Below are positions 47,884-61,590 of a stretch of 64,000 bases of DNA, piece after piece. The stretch is from the human T2T-CHM13v2.0 reference genome, Homo sapiens: NCBI RefSeq assembly GCF_009914755.1, contig NC_060934.1. One strand, written 5' to 3'. Below the pieces are notes generated by a model that saw nothing but the letters and a program-made list of their open reading frames with translations, ran no database searches and was not told the DNA's origin. Each line of letters opens with the position of its first letter. Position 1 is the first letter of the stretch. The position numbers were made by a program, and so were the translations under genes.

Positions 47884-49896
47884 GGCTCATTCCTCCGGTG
47901 GTGGGGGGTGACAAGAATGGGGACCCCCGGACTGCCTGCCTGCACCTCCCCACCACCCACACAGCAGCTTCTCCTGACCATGGCTGCTGCCTGCTTGTAC
48001 CTTTCCTTCTCGGTTCACATCTTCTAAGGTTTCTCTGAGGTCCTCCTTAAGCACTTGTCTCTGATCTTAGAGGAAACACCAATCTAGATGAAGGGTATGG
48101 AAGTTTTCCCCAAAACCTTTTCAACGCACTAGGAAAACGAGAGTTCTGGAAATCCAAACGCCTTTTATAGTTATCCACAAGGAACTGATTTTATATATGG
48201 GAATCCAAAAACGTCAACAAACATTGCTTGAAGAGATGGCACTGTCTTGCCATCATATATAAATATCAAGTGCAATACTGCTTTCCTTAAACGTAACTAT
48301 TTAGTGAAGAATAAAAATTAAGCTCCTCGCATCCCTCCCCACACCCACCCACACAACAAAGAATTTAGAGTGAGACATGCTTCTGGAACCTAGATATTGT
48401 CACTTGTTGCTCATCACTTTTAAGAAAAAAACTTTCTCCTGCCCCAAGAAAAACCGCAGGTAATGAATTCACCAGTGTAAAACTGGCAACCAGAGCTACA
48501 AAAAGCAGATTCGATGGGTTCTTGTTTTAAAATTAGGCACTACAGCCCTTATCCAAATATTTATGGGAATATGATATACATAATGCCTGGCTGAAAACAC
48601 AAGCACTTGTAGGTTTCAATCACCTTTTGACAGATTTTTAACCCCATCATGGGGACAAAGTAATGGTCAGCTTCTCAACTGGCAACAGATCATAGGTTTT
48701 TATTTCGTTCACATATCACCAAACTACTGAAATATGAAATTCCAGCTTTTTAGGAATGTCTTTCTAAAGACTGGAAAAATACTTTTCCACTAATAAATCT
48801 TTTTTTTTTAAAGTATCAACGGCAAAAAAAATTAAGGATTAAATTCCAACTTGTACTTTATATCTGCATACTCTACTAAATTTACTTCATATTTATTCAG
48901 GGTCTTTCATATCCCAGCCCCTGGGTGTTTGTTTTTCTTCAGTTTCTCTGATGGGTCGAGCTTGACTTTCCATGTAGTGAGAACTAGAAAGTAATCTTCT
49001 GTAGATAAGATCATGCTTTAAATCCTACAGCCTTGAATGGCTGTTGGTTTTTCTAGGCCCTCCATTGACCCTATGTGTAGAGACTTCCCTCTCCGTGCCT
49101 TTGAAGAGGGACTCCAGGACCCACGTTGGGACGGTTCTTGCTTATTGCTTTTGTTGCATTTTCGAAAAAAAAAAAAAAAAAAAAAAAAACAAAAGAAACA
49201 GCACAACTGGGAACACCGTATGTTCCTCGTGTTGTGGGAAATGGAGAGTAAAAATGGGAAATGTAGAATAAAAGTGCTTCACGGCTACATTTTCCCTTGC
49301 AGTTTTATCCACTACGAGTTTGGTGGCCCCACAACTTTGTTGGAAAGAGCTCACTATCGAGATTCTTAGAGTCCCTAGAAAAATAAAATAATGAGACATA
49401 AGAACGCAGGAGAAATGTGCAAGCCAGGTCAGAGGACAAACTGCAGAACAAGGCTCAAAGATGAGACTGCTCATCAAACCTCCAGGTGACGAAGCACACA
49501 CACGCGCTGCCACATCGGAGCGACGGATGAAGGGAGCGGTTATCTGGGGGAAACAGAACCAGGCTGGCTTAATTTTCTCTTCCTAGTTTGGGATGATTTC
49601 ATGGAAACAAGTGTTTCAGTAAAAACTTTCACAATAGGGAAAAGCCCATCTAAAGGTATGAAGATTTAAGTTATAGCATCATTTAAAAACAGCGGGCTCC
49701 TTTTCTCTTCCCTGCCCTTCCTGAACAATTCTGTTTAGAAGCCATGGCAGTGAGGGGTAGAGGGGACTGAGTAAGGATAGGGCACGGGCTGGGGAAGCTG
49801 GCGGATGGCGTGCTGCCTGGACCCCTTCACTGGGGGGCTTGTTGCCCCACCTGCTGGGAGAAAGCCTTCAGTTGTGGCCCTTTTATTTAGGTTTGC

Positions 49897-50329
<433 letters not shown>

Positions 50330-50787
50330 TGAAGAGCCTTTAACCCCAGAGCTGCTGCGGGTGCCTGCCTGGCCTCACTGTGGGATGATCTCTGTCTTCT
50401 CAATCCCACTGCCTTCCCCTCCCTTCCAAAGGCATTGGTCCCAAGGGCCCTCCTTGATGAAACCCATCTGGGAGGAACCCACCAGGGAAAAGGATGGAAG
50501 TGCGGGAGGGACGCAGGGGGGAGGCCGTCGCATGTGGGGACAGCTGTTGGGAGGGTGAGGATACTGGAGAGACGCTGGGGCCTGACGAAATAAATACATA
50601 CTCCAAAGGTGGAGAGCACAGGCCAGGCTTCCACTGTCACAGCCGGAGTTGCAAGTATAGGGAAGGAAAAGGCTAGGATGAACCCTGGCATGCTGGACTG
50701 GAATTGGAGCCTACGTTCCACCACAAGCGCACAGAAAAGGGTGAACACAGCAGGCCTGAGCCACTCCCGTTAGAAAAGCCTGCTTAC

Positions 50788-51032
50788 AGGCAGATCACGA
50801 GGTCAAGAGATTGGGACCATCCTGGCCAACATGGTGAAACCCCATCTCTCCTAAAAATACAAAAAACAGCTGGGCATGGTGGTGCACGCCTGTAGTCTCA
50901 GCTACTCAGGAGGCTGAGGCAGGAGAATCGCTGGAACCCAGGAGGCGGGGGTTGCAGTTAGCCGAGATTGTGCCACTGCATTCCAGCCTGGGTGACAAAG
51001 TGAGACTCCATTTCAAAAAAAAAAAAAAAAAA
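50788..51032 (+). mobile_element. Alu (Sc-like), 5'-truncated
   Basis: cagatcacgaggtcaagagatt...A-tail. Confidence 0.9.
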
Positions 51033-51035
51033 GTA

Positions 51036-51202
51036 CAGGTACATCCCTAATCAGAAAATCTGAAATTCAAAATACTCCAAATTCTGAAATTTTTGAGTGT
51101 CAACATAATATAAGTATACTGCAAGTATTCCAAAAGCTGAAAAAAGATGAAATCCAAAACACTTCTGGTCCCAAGCAATTGGAATAAAGGATATTCAACA
51201 TG
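51036..51202 (-). mobile_element. Tigger4/MER46-type DNA transposon remnant
   Basis: TA-flanked; aaacacttctggtcccaagca...ggatattcaac is the reverse of the Tigger4 terminus. Confidence 0.7.
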
Positions 51203-51818
51203 TATTTGGGGGTGACGGGGCATCAGGCCTTCAACTTATCCCAAATCAATCAGGAGAATGAATAGTATCTTTATTCTGTACCTCCAATATTTCTGTAAGT
51301 ATGAGATTGTTTCAAAAGCACTTAGAAATAATATAAAGGCATGTAGTCATATAATGACTCAAACTATACCAAGCTGACTCTACAGCAGACTTTCCATCAC
51401 ATGAGCATTTCTGAGCACTATTGGTTGAGTACACATGGACACATCCAGATGCTATCAATACATTAAGGATAAATTGATTGTGAAATCCAACTCCAACCTG
51501 AACCAATAAACAGGCTTGTTTTGGAGTTGGCCTACAAATTAGGGTAACTGTTGGAACAACTCTTTCAAAGGCATGCTGAACATACGAAGATACAGCCCTA
51601 TTAAAAAAAAAGGAGAGGCAAAAGACAGCTCTAAGAGTTTACCAACTGGCTGGGAATTAACAGTAAATCTGCATTTATGTAATGAAGCTACTGACATATT
51701 CTCAAGGATCTTACAGCATTTGATCACTTGATCCTTACACGATCTTCCCAGGCACAGTGGACAGGGGTTTGAGCTCCACGTGACAGACCTGGGGATGGCT
51801 GGGTAGGGGGATGACCTG

Positions 51819-52207
<389 letters not shown>

Positions 52208-52237
52208 TAACTTTGTAGGGAGGATGTGTGAAAAGAA

Positions 52238-52660
52238 CAACCCAAATGTCCAACAATGATAGACTGGATTAAGAAAATGTGGCACATATACACCATGGAC
52301 TACTATGCAGCCATAAAAAATGATGAGTTCATGTCCTTGGTAGGGACATGGATGAAGCTGGAAACCATCATTCTCAGCAAACTATGGCAAGGACAAAAAA
52401 CCAAACACCTCATGTTCTCACTCATAGGTGGGAATTGAACAATGAGAACACATGGACACAGGTAGGGGAACATCACACACTGGGGCCTGTTGTGGGGTGG
52501 GGGAGGGGGGAGGGATAGCATTAGGAGATATACCTAATGTTAAATGATGAGTTAATGGGTGCAGCACACCAACATGGCACATGTATACATATGTAACTAA
52601 CCTGCACATTGTGCACATGTACCCTAGAACTTAAAGTATAATAAAAAAAAAAGTTAAAAA
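52238..52660 (+). mobile_element. 5'-truncated L1 3' end (L1PA4-like), antisense to SFMBT2
   Basis: [21 protein letters not shown]...LIGGN, 3'UTR and A-tail; flanking aaaagaac repeat at 52231 and 52661. Confidence 0.92.
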
Positions 52661-53224
52661 AAAAGAACCACCAAAAAGCATGAGATAATGCTTTTCACTT
52701 TCTACTGACACTGTGAGACCAAAGGGTGAGACGCCGATGTTATTTCATACACGGCCCGGCAAGGCTCTCATAAACACTAAGTTTTTGAAGCAATATTTCA
52801 AGTCCCAAGAAGACAAAGTAAGAGGAAAATATTAAGAGACAGCTGAGCTCGCACACAACAGAAAACTCTCTGGCAATATAAATAATCTCAGAAAGAAGGA
52901 AAATAGAAGCAACAAGCAAAAGATTACTGAGTTGGAACTAAGGAATAGCAAAGACAAAAAAGGTGACGGAGGAGAAAGTTGTAAGGGAGAGGTCCAGGAA
53001 GGAGAGCTTTCATCTCAGTCCTCAGATAGACCTTGCCATCCCAGCACCTCTGCATCACTCAGGTTGCAGAGAAATCTGGAGGGAAGAACGCAATCTCATC
53101 CTACAAGCTGAGCACATCAGGAGGGGCTGGGGCTGGCAGTGCTCTCGGAAGCACACTTTGAGACAGTAAAGGAAGTCACAGATCAACAGTGGAAAACACA
53201 GGAGATGCTCTTGCTGGTTGTCAG

Positions 53225-53815
53225 CGCAGGACACTGAGAACCCCAGAGTCCACAGAAGATTATTTTAAGCTCAAGATAGTTGAGATTCGACAGATACAGC
53301 AAGAAGTCTTGTTGGAGCTCCCATTATCTGCTGTAAAATAGAAACTTTAGAGAAATGGAGACTGTCATAAATTCCCTCTTTGGGGGCAGCTTCTCCTCCC
53401 AGGAGAGAGACGTAAGAGTAAAGCTGCCATAAATCTCCTCTCTGGGGACGTTTCCCAGCCTGGCCATGAAGAAGAGAGAAAGACCACTCAGACCTGCATA
53501 AACAAACATTAGCACAAACTTTCTTACTTCTCACTTGCTTTCCTCAAATCCAATTTGTCTTTCCCAAAGCAATCTATTTGTTCTTCTGACGAAAGCCTTT
53601 GCTCCCAGCTCCCTTTCCCGTACTGAGTTGGATACAGAATCCCCAAACGACTGACCCACCCTCTGAGTTATTCATCACTGAGCACTCCCTCGGTATGAGC
53701 GTTACACATGTAAGTGGGCTGTTTCTTCTCTCACTCACCTGTCTTTGGTCAGTTTAACCTTCAGGCTCCCAGTCTCTGAACCTAAAGGAGTGGAGGCAAA
53801 GTTTTTCCTCACTGA
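53225..53815 (+). mobile_element. ERV1-class LTR (MER34-like)
   Basis: gattattttaagctcaag near the start and gaacctaaaggagtggaggcaaagtttttcctc at the end resemble MER34-family termini. Confidence 0.5.
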
Positions 53816-53964
53816 TATCAATATATGTGTGGCCTTCCACTTCCTTCCCATTAGCCAAAGTAGGGATTTCTTTCCACGTCCAAGTGCATAGAGCAGGGTG
53901 GAGACAGAGAGAGGAATATGGGATGATAAAATGCCAAAAAAATCATCTCCTCTCCTTCAATAGC

Positions 53965-54328
53965 TGGTATGTTTTGGCTGTGTCCCCACCCAAATCTCAT
54001 CTTGAATTGTAGCTCCCATAATTCTCAAGTGTTGTGGGAGGGACCCAGTGGGAGGTAACTGAATCATGGGGCAGTTTCCCCCATACTTTTCCTGTGGTAG
54101 TGAATAAGTCTCACAAGACCTGATGGTTTCATAAGGGGAAACCCCTTTTGCTTGATTCTCATTCTCTTCTCTTGTCTGCCACCATGTGAGATGTGCCTTT
54201 CACCTTCCGCCGTGATTATGAGGCCTCCCCAGCCACGTGGAACTGTGAGTCCATTTAACCTTTTTTTCCTTATAAATTACCCAGTTGCAGGTATGTCTTT
54301 ATCAGCGGCATGAAAATGGACTAATACG
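53965..54328 (+). mobile_element. THE1 (MaLR) solo LTR
   Basis: tggctgtgtccccacccaaatctcatcttgaattgtagctcccataat...atgaaaatggactaatac. Confidence 0.9.
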
Positions 54329-56145
54329 GTAGTTAAAAGTTGAGAAGAATCTAAATGGATTTTGAGTCAAAAACAAAAACAGAGTGAAAAAGCCAACACT
54401 GGTGTAACAATCCGTTTATAACCACCGGCACGGCCCAAGCAGAATGTCACTATGGTCTAAGTTCCATCATTCACCCTCAGAATCACCCTTATGAGACCTT
54501 TTAACAAATCTCGTCAGGCAGGGATAGGGGTGTGGGAGCGGAGGACGAGGTTCTGGTTCTTCAAGCTGAACTCACACCCTCAAATGCTGGAGGAAGAATT
54601 AAAAGAGGAAGGAAATGGTGACTCTGAGAACCCTGCAGAAATAGGGAAGCTTTACAAGCTGTGGGAAAGCCTCTGTTCTCATCAGCAATAGTGAGGTACG
54701 GTTCTCGCTTCCTTCAGAACAAAGCTTTCACTTCATTGGTCTCATTCTTGGTCACTGGACTTCAGGGTCGGGAGAATGGGTCACTGGTTTTCAGCCTTAG
54801 GACACCCAAACTCCTCAGAAATTTCTTTCTTCCTTCTTGCCTTTAAGTAATGGGAACTCTGCAACACATGGGCATGTATGTTTATCCCAAGGAGACTACT
54901 GCTCCTCCAGAATGTCTTAAGCTGGCCTGTTTGAATCAGACACGCCACACCGTGATCCAGTGAATTTAGGTACACACATACACAGAAATGCAGTCTTCCC
55001 TTCAAATAGACTGGTTCATGGCTTTGCTTAACGCGAAGTTCACCTCGTGCGTTTTCAGGACAGCAAACTACATACACTTGCGCAAGGTAAACAAAATTAA
55101 CAAATGAACAAACAAAACCTTTTCCGGTGAAGTCTCTCAGTTAGGGAATCCTTTTTTTACATAAATCACTTTATAGCCAAATGTTACCTGCGACAGTTCA
55201 TAAGACAAATGCTTGCGTAAAAGGACAAAAATTAAAGTCAAATAAGTAAAAGCACACACAAAATTAACCACTGCTTATGAAAAAAAAGAAACCACAACAT
55301 TTCCACAGAGCTGAGCATGACGCACCTAACAGTGAAGATCTGACTTTATCTCCTTCCCTCTGATAAGTGACAGTGAGCTCTAACTCACGTGAAATCCTAC
55401 CAGGATATTTCCTCTTTAAATATTCTGAATAACTATAACACAGGACTAGAAGAATTATTAAGCTTCTGCCTGGCTTTTATAAAGATGATCACAAAAGCCA
55501 TTCAAAGAAGAGTTAAGACAGTCTTTTTATTTTCCCTCAAGAAGATTCTGTAACATGCTGAAAAACATATTTAAATGTCTCTAGATGCAGAGAGGTGGAG
55601 GGCTTTTTTTTTCCTTACCCCTCTAAGATATAGCCTAATTCCTCCTCCTGTAATTCAAAACAATGCAGGTAAATTGAGCATATTTAAATTCATTGGCAAG
55701 AAAGAAATTTTCTCTTCCAGAACAGAAATGAACTACATGAGAAGCCATTTTTTTTCCCTGGCATAAAAGCTAGCAAATTTTTGCTTTTCAATACATGTTG
55801 AAGGTAATAATGATAGACTCCTCACAAGTTCAAATATTGCAATAATTTCTTTCTATAAAAGGTACGGTTGTTGGATAAATAGGGGAAAAATCACCCAGAG
55901 ACAATTGTAGGTAACAGTGTAAGTTTTCGTTATATTTACAAGTCAAAACCTCTACAAAGACACCTTCATCCTCTCAAGTAAATGGGTCTTTACTCTTAGG
56001 AGGTGGAAAAAACAACCAGAAATCCTAGATGCCAAATGAGAGCAATCACACTGCCCTAGGGATAATCTCACATCCTCTCTTCCTGAAAACAGTCTTTATA
56101 ATTGTGTACAACAGCTCCCATAATCAACCAAGAGGACTGAATGTC

Positions 56146-56199
56146 ATATGTATATATGACATATATATACATACATATACACATACATACATACTATAT

Positions 56200-56251
<52 letters not shown>
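56146..56251. repeat. Compound (TA)n/(CA)n microsatellite
   Basis: Direct reading. Confidence 0.9.
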
Positions 56252-56252
<1 letters not shown>

Positions 56253-56254
56253 AA

Positions 56255-56385
56255 TATTTTATTTGTTGTAGAGACAGGGTCTTACTATGTTGTCCAGGCT
56301 GGTCTTGAATTCCTGGACTCAAGCGATTTGCTGCTTCAGCTTCCCAAAGTGCAGGGATTACAGTCATGAGCCACCACGCCTGGCC
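56255..56385 (-). mobile_element. Alu left monomer (FLAM-like)
   Basis: gtagagacagggtcttactatgttg...gagccaccacgcctggcc. Confidence 0.85.
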
Positions 56386-58399
56386 TGGACCAAATGTCTT
56401 GAATGTGAGTCTCTCCTCTTGTACGTTAATTTATTCATGACAGAAAACATGCCTTCCTTTCAGCTAAATGGGAAGATGCCAGCTCTCTCTCCTCCCATTT
56501 GCACCAAAGAAAATAGCAAAGTTGTCAAGATCTAAAAAGTTGTCATTTCACATCAGAAGGGAAGAGGTGACTCAACACACAGTATCAGAGCAGGAGAGCT
56601 CCCGCTGACTGTAAAGCTGTCATCATTAGCAGCTGCTTTGAGACGCTGCTATGATCTCGCACAGTTGAAACCCAGTTCAGACAGACATTTTCTCATTAGA
56701 AGTTGCTGTGTAAGAGTTTGCCATGGAACTTTTTGTCATATTTGATATAATAGGTAATATGCTGCCTTTACAATTCAGTAGAGCTGGGTTTCACCATGTC
56801 TGTTTTGATTGTATCAGGCTGGATTTAATAAAAAGCTCTGATCGACTTGGTAACATGAAAACTAGTGCAAACACTTGCAAAATGAACTTCCTCTCACTGT
56901 GGAGCGGGAGCGAGTTTCTGGCTTATTTAGAGGCAGGGAAGGTTTTAATGGGAGCTAAGATTTTTGTACTTTTATTATATCTGTGTCCATTAGGTGTACG
57001 TGGACTGTATTGAATTTTGCAGAAAAGTTTTAAAATAAGAAGGATTTCTCCATTATAAACACTTGCTTATGTTTTCTGCCCCCACTACTACTACAAACTT
57101 ATAAGAAAATGTGCCACTACTGCTAATGATCTCTTTAAAGCAGAAAAATATGAAATATTAGAAAAACATGTTTTTCTCTGAGCTATAGGTGAAGCTCACT
57201 TAAATATTTCTTGAGAAAGAAGGAAATGATGAAATGTAGCAGCATCGTTAATTGGCCTGCCATTTTCTGCAAATAAACCCTCTTCTTATTTACATATATT
57301 CTCTTCCACTTTGGTGATTTGGCAGATTATGATTAGACCATAAATAAGTTTTACTGAATCTAAAACCCCAGAGCTGTTCAAAAATGACACCAGGAATGCT
57401 AAGTGGATTGCTGGCAATGAATGTTGAGTGTGGCACAATCTCTAAACATCTTCAGTCACAGTACTAGTATAAGTTAACTATAGAGGAAAATATTACCGAT
57501 CATACAAATTATTTCATATTTCTCAATTTTCACTATGAATAGGGCAGGTGCCTTCTCTAAAGGAGGCTTAGATATCCTCTAGCCACTGAAAACTGTTTTA
57601 CTCTTTTAAAAAAACATCATTTCTCAAATGTTACATCTCAATGACCATTAAGAAGTCAACTAGTAAAACCTATTCTATTTGAAACCCATAGATGAATATT
57701 AAAAGTCCTCTCAAGCACTCTAAACAATTATTCAACATAAAATTATCTTAGAAACGGATCTTTTTCTATGTGCCTAAACAACCAAGTTCAAGTACATTGA
57801 TACGGCTCCTGCTCTCAATTTCAGAGGTCAAGAAACCTAAAGAAAGCAAAAATGTCACCTTTCCAATTAGCCTATTTCCAAATAAAAGAAAGTTACTTGA
57901 CTCCACGCCAACCCAGATTTTGCTGCCATTTACTTAACCCAGACCAAACATGCACGGGTTCCTTTTATCTTTGAGAACTGTCAACTGCCAGAAAAGAGAG
58001 CATTTGCATTTAGCATAGTCTATATAATATCAAAAATGAAGAGCTGTTTATGAACATAGTATAATAATGATGAGGGATATCCTCTTTACAATTTTCCCCC
58101 TTTTGCTCAAATAACCTATTGGTCCTGAAACATACCAAGTTTTTATGATGCTGAATGTTTAGCATAATAAAATATTAGTTAAGGAAATCTCTACTTCACC
58201 TTAGGAATCCTAAGGCTTAAGGCAACGCTGTATGGCAAAAATGCCAAGAAATTTACGTGTCGCCCATAGAACTGCAGAACGAACGTCCTTCAGTTTGTTC
58301 CATTTCTCAGGGCTGTGTCACAAAGAGAAGTGGCAAGGTTCAAAGTAGCATGGGGAAGTATTACAAAAACCCTTGCTTTCCAGAATTGAAAACACTTAC

Positions 58400-58509
58400 T
58401 TGGCCTTCAGCGTCTCTTCCTGGAAATTCCAGTGGGGATCTTCTACCAGCTGTAATTCTCTTAATACCCTTCCAGGCTTGTAGGCTGCGTTGATTATCAT
58501 GCTAAGAAC
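58400..58509 (-). CDS. SFMBT2: SFMBT2 coding exon (6th from last), 110 nt: [36 protein letters not shown](K); SLED region
   Basis: Manual minus-strand translation; acceptor ttttttttccccaaaAG (58510-11), donor GTAAGT (58399-94); ends in phase 2 and joins the next exon in frame (AA+A=Lys). Confidence 0.93.
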
Positions 58510-60580
58510 CTTTTGGGGAAAAAAATAAGCAGACTGAGCTGCAATTGCATTCATTCCTACTAACACAAGGATGCTTTGAAAACCACACCACTGACATTTA
58601 GGAACAGCTCGCCACTACACCCACATGAAGTGAAGAAACGTGATTAAGTCTGATAGAACACTTGCCAGGCTAACACTGAGTTGTTTCACCATCCATGGAC
58701 AAAAAGCGTGGTAAAATACAATCTCTCTGGCTAGAAAAGTGTGAACCACTCTCTAGAGGGGGTGGCAGACTCCCATTAACTCTTCTAGTTGCAGAAAAGC
58801 TGAACCATTTTCACCAAAGAGCAATTTATTGTACTTCAACAGGATTACTCTTCAGTTGGATAGGCTACTGAGAATTTCATTCTATTTTTACAGATTTCAT
58901 AAGGAACTAATGAAACGGAGACAATCTACTCATGCCAACACTTCTGGAGAGGCTTCACATGCTTGCAAGGAGGGTAACAAATTGTGTGAAACTCTCCTCT
59001 TGCAGGCTCAATTCATGGACATTTAATACTAGGGCAACCCTCTGAAATGTGAATATTTTAAAAGAGAGTCTGGAATATCCAGCGCCATCCAGTATCATAT
59101 TTCCCCCATCCACCCCTCACTCCCAAGTCCAAGAAAACAAGCATGTGTCTACCATGGGGCTCAGAAAGAGCAGGCATTTCTAAGAGTTCCAGCTGCTGAC
59201 CCTGGGGAGATACGATGTTCCTGTTAACCTCAATGAGTTTCTCTAATGAAAGGGACAAGGACCTCAGACCCCTAAGGTGCTCACCTTTCAAAAAGCAAAT
59301 CATCATTAATGATTAACATTGATGAGTTCTGGCACATTCCTGGGCTGCTGCTGTTTGGATAAAGACCTTACAGAACGTGAGAGTGCAAAGCAGAGGCCTA
59401 TGGTGTGGAGTTTCATGAAATGATCCTCTGTGAAGCTCCACTGAGTGACAGTAGCAGGAACAAGACGGGGGAGCACGCAGTGCCCATGCCTCCTGCAGGC
59501 CGTCCGGGTGCGGAAGTTGGAAGGAGCACGCCAGGCATGGAGCTCACATTTTGGATTTCAGAGCAAAATACCGTTGGGAGAGCAAGAGATACACCTGAGT
59601 GAGATGGGAGTCTGGCACTAGTGCCTAAACACGCACTATCTTTTAATGGAGACTATTACAAAATAAATGGAAGGAGATGGGAGAATGTGGATGGAATTTG
59701 CTTGTCACAATTTTCACGGGTCTGTTGTGTTCTGGAACGTAACCAGCTTGGTTTGCACCCTGATTTATTTGAAAACAACAAAGCTTTCTCAAGTTGTAAC
59801 TAAGGATTCACTCTTAAAATACTTTACACTACGCGGTCAGCCCGGCGACGGCCTTTTCTCTGCCTGGGTAACATCTTGCTATGTTCCAAGGGCCTCAAAG
59901 CCACCCACCAAGAGAATGTGGCTTGCCAAGGTGCTAAAAAGCCATGACAAGGCGGTACCGGCAGTTTTGTTGCGTTTGTGTTTTCTGTATTAGAATAATC
60001 ATCTGATTTTATTGTTTACTGTCAGTACAATTTACAGAAACTCAGTTTAAAAATAAATCTAATTAGTACTGACTGCAATAACGCACACAGTGTTTATCAA
60101 CAGACAATAAAATTTCAACAGATTCTTTTCATTGGGTTTCGCTGAGAAAACCCCAGAGCTGCATGTTATTTGCTGCATATCGAGATGCATTTTGTGACTG
60201 CGAAAAGAAAATGCCTTCTGGAGTTCAATTCAGCCTGGGAGCAGGCAGCAATTAAATTATGAAAAGCATCGGATATTGAATGTTTTTCCCTTGGCTTTTC
60301 TTGATGCCACATCATCCGTCTCCAAATTCAACAAGCTCTCTATAAAACTTTGGAATTGTGAGCTGAATAATTTCTGTGCACATGACAATGTCATGTATTA
60401 TAGTTACCTAATGAAAATAACTAAGTGGACAGCTGCTATGACTAGCCACAGTTAGACTGAATTATTGTGCTTTGCAAAACACTGGAGTTCAGTTCATTAT
60501 GTGCTTGATCAGAGAGGGTAGCAGGGAGCCTGCCCCTGCCCCCAAACTAATAGGACCTTAGGTGTCTCATCTTCCTCCAC

Positions 60581-60940
60581 TGATATGGTTTGGCTGTGAC
60601 CCCACCCAAATCTCACCTTGAATTGTAGCTCCCATAATTCCCATGTGTTGTGGGAGGAACCTTGTGGGAGGTAATTGAATTGTAGGGGTGGTTTCCCCCA
60701 TAATGTTCTCGTGGTAGTGAATAAGTCTCATGAGATCTGATGGTTTTATAAGGAGTTCCCCTTTTTGCTTGGCTCCCATTCTCTCGTCTGCTGCCATGTA
60801 AGACGTGCCTTTTGCCGTCTGCCATGATTGTGAGGCCTCCCCAGCCATGTGGATCTGTGAGTCCCTTAAACCTCTTTTCCTTTATAAATTGCCCAGTCTC
60901 AGGTATGTCTTGATCACCAATGTGAAAACGAACTAACACA
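60581..60940 (+). mobile_element. THE1 (MaLR) solo LTR
   Basis: tgatatggtttggctgtg...cccaaatctcaccttgaattgtagctccc...gaaaacgaactaacaca. Confidence 0.9.
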
Positions 60941-60944
60941 TTCC

Positions 60945-61590
60945 CCCACCTCATTTCTCAGCTCTTTTACAGTAAAATCCTTAAGAAGAGTCTACACTCA
61001 ACAGCGCCTTTTCCTCTTCTTCAGTCCTCTCTGGAACCCAATCCAATGGGGCTTTTCTGTGTCCACAATGTCCCTGAAACTGTCTTATCCAGATGCCTGG
61101 TGAGAGCACATGGCCGAAACGCTGGGCAGCTCTGGGTCTATTCTCACCCTGCCGGCAGGGGCTTCCCTGTCTTCCACCTCACGCTCTGAGAGCCTCACCT
61201 CCCAACAACCGCCAGGGCGATCCTTTCAACAGGTCAGATCAGGCCTTTCCTCTGCTCTGTTCTTCTCTTAGGATTGTTCTTCCTGGGGAAACCCTTCCAG
61301 ACCATCCCTCCCCATCCGGGTCTTTACTCCAAAGTCCGTATCAGAAAGGTCTCTGCGAGTATCCTCTGTACACAGCACATTCCTCCCTTCATTCTCTGGC
61401 CTCTCATGGATAACTTGTCTTATTATTAGTATAGGATTATTCCGTAATTGGCTTATTTGTTCACCATCCACCCCCACTAAGACATAAGCAGCAGGAAATC
61501 AGGGACTTCATTCTGTTTGCTGCTGTATCCATGGCAGATACAACCATAACTGGCAAGAGTAGGTGCTCTATAGATATTTTTTGAATTAGT
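60945..61590 (+). mobile_element. L2 remnant
   Basis: gacataagcagcaggaaatcagggacttcattctgtttgctgctgtatcc...taggtgctctatagatattttttgaat resembles the L2 3' end. Confidence 0.55.

Noticed and set aside
54224-54236. PRDM9 hotspot motif in the THE1 LTRs (also 60836-48)
   Set aside because: Both read CCTCCCC, not the hotspot-associated CCTCCCT
54329-60580. Possible THE1 provirus between the two LTRs
   Set aside because: The interval contains a host exon and no recognisable THE1 internal sequence, and there is no shared TSD; these are independent solo LTRs
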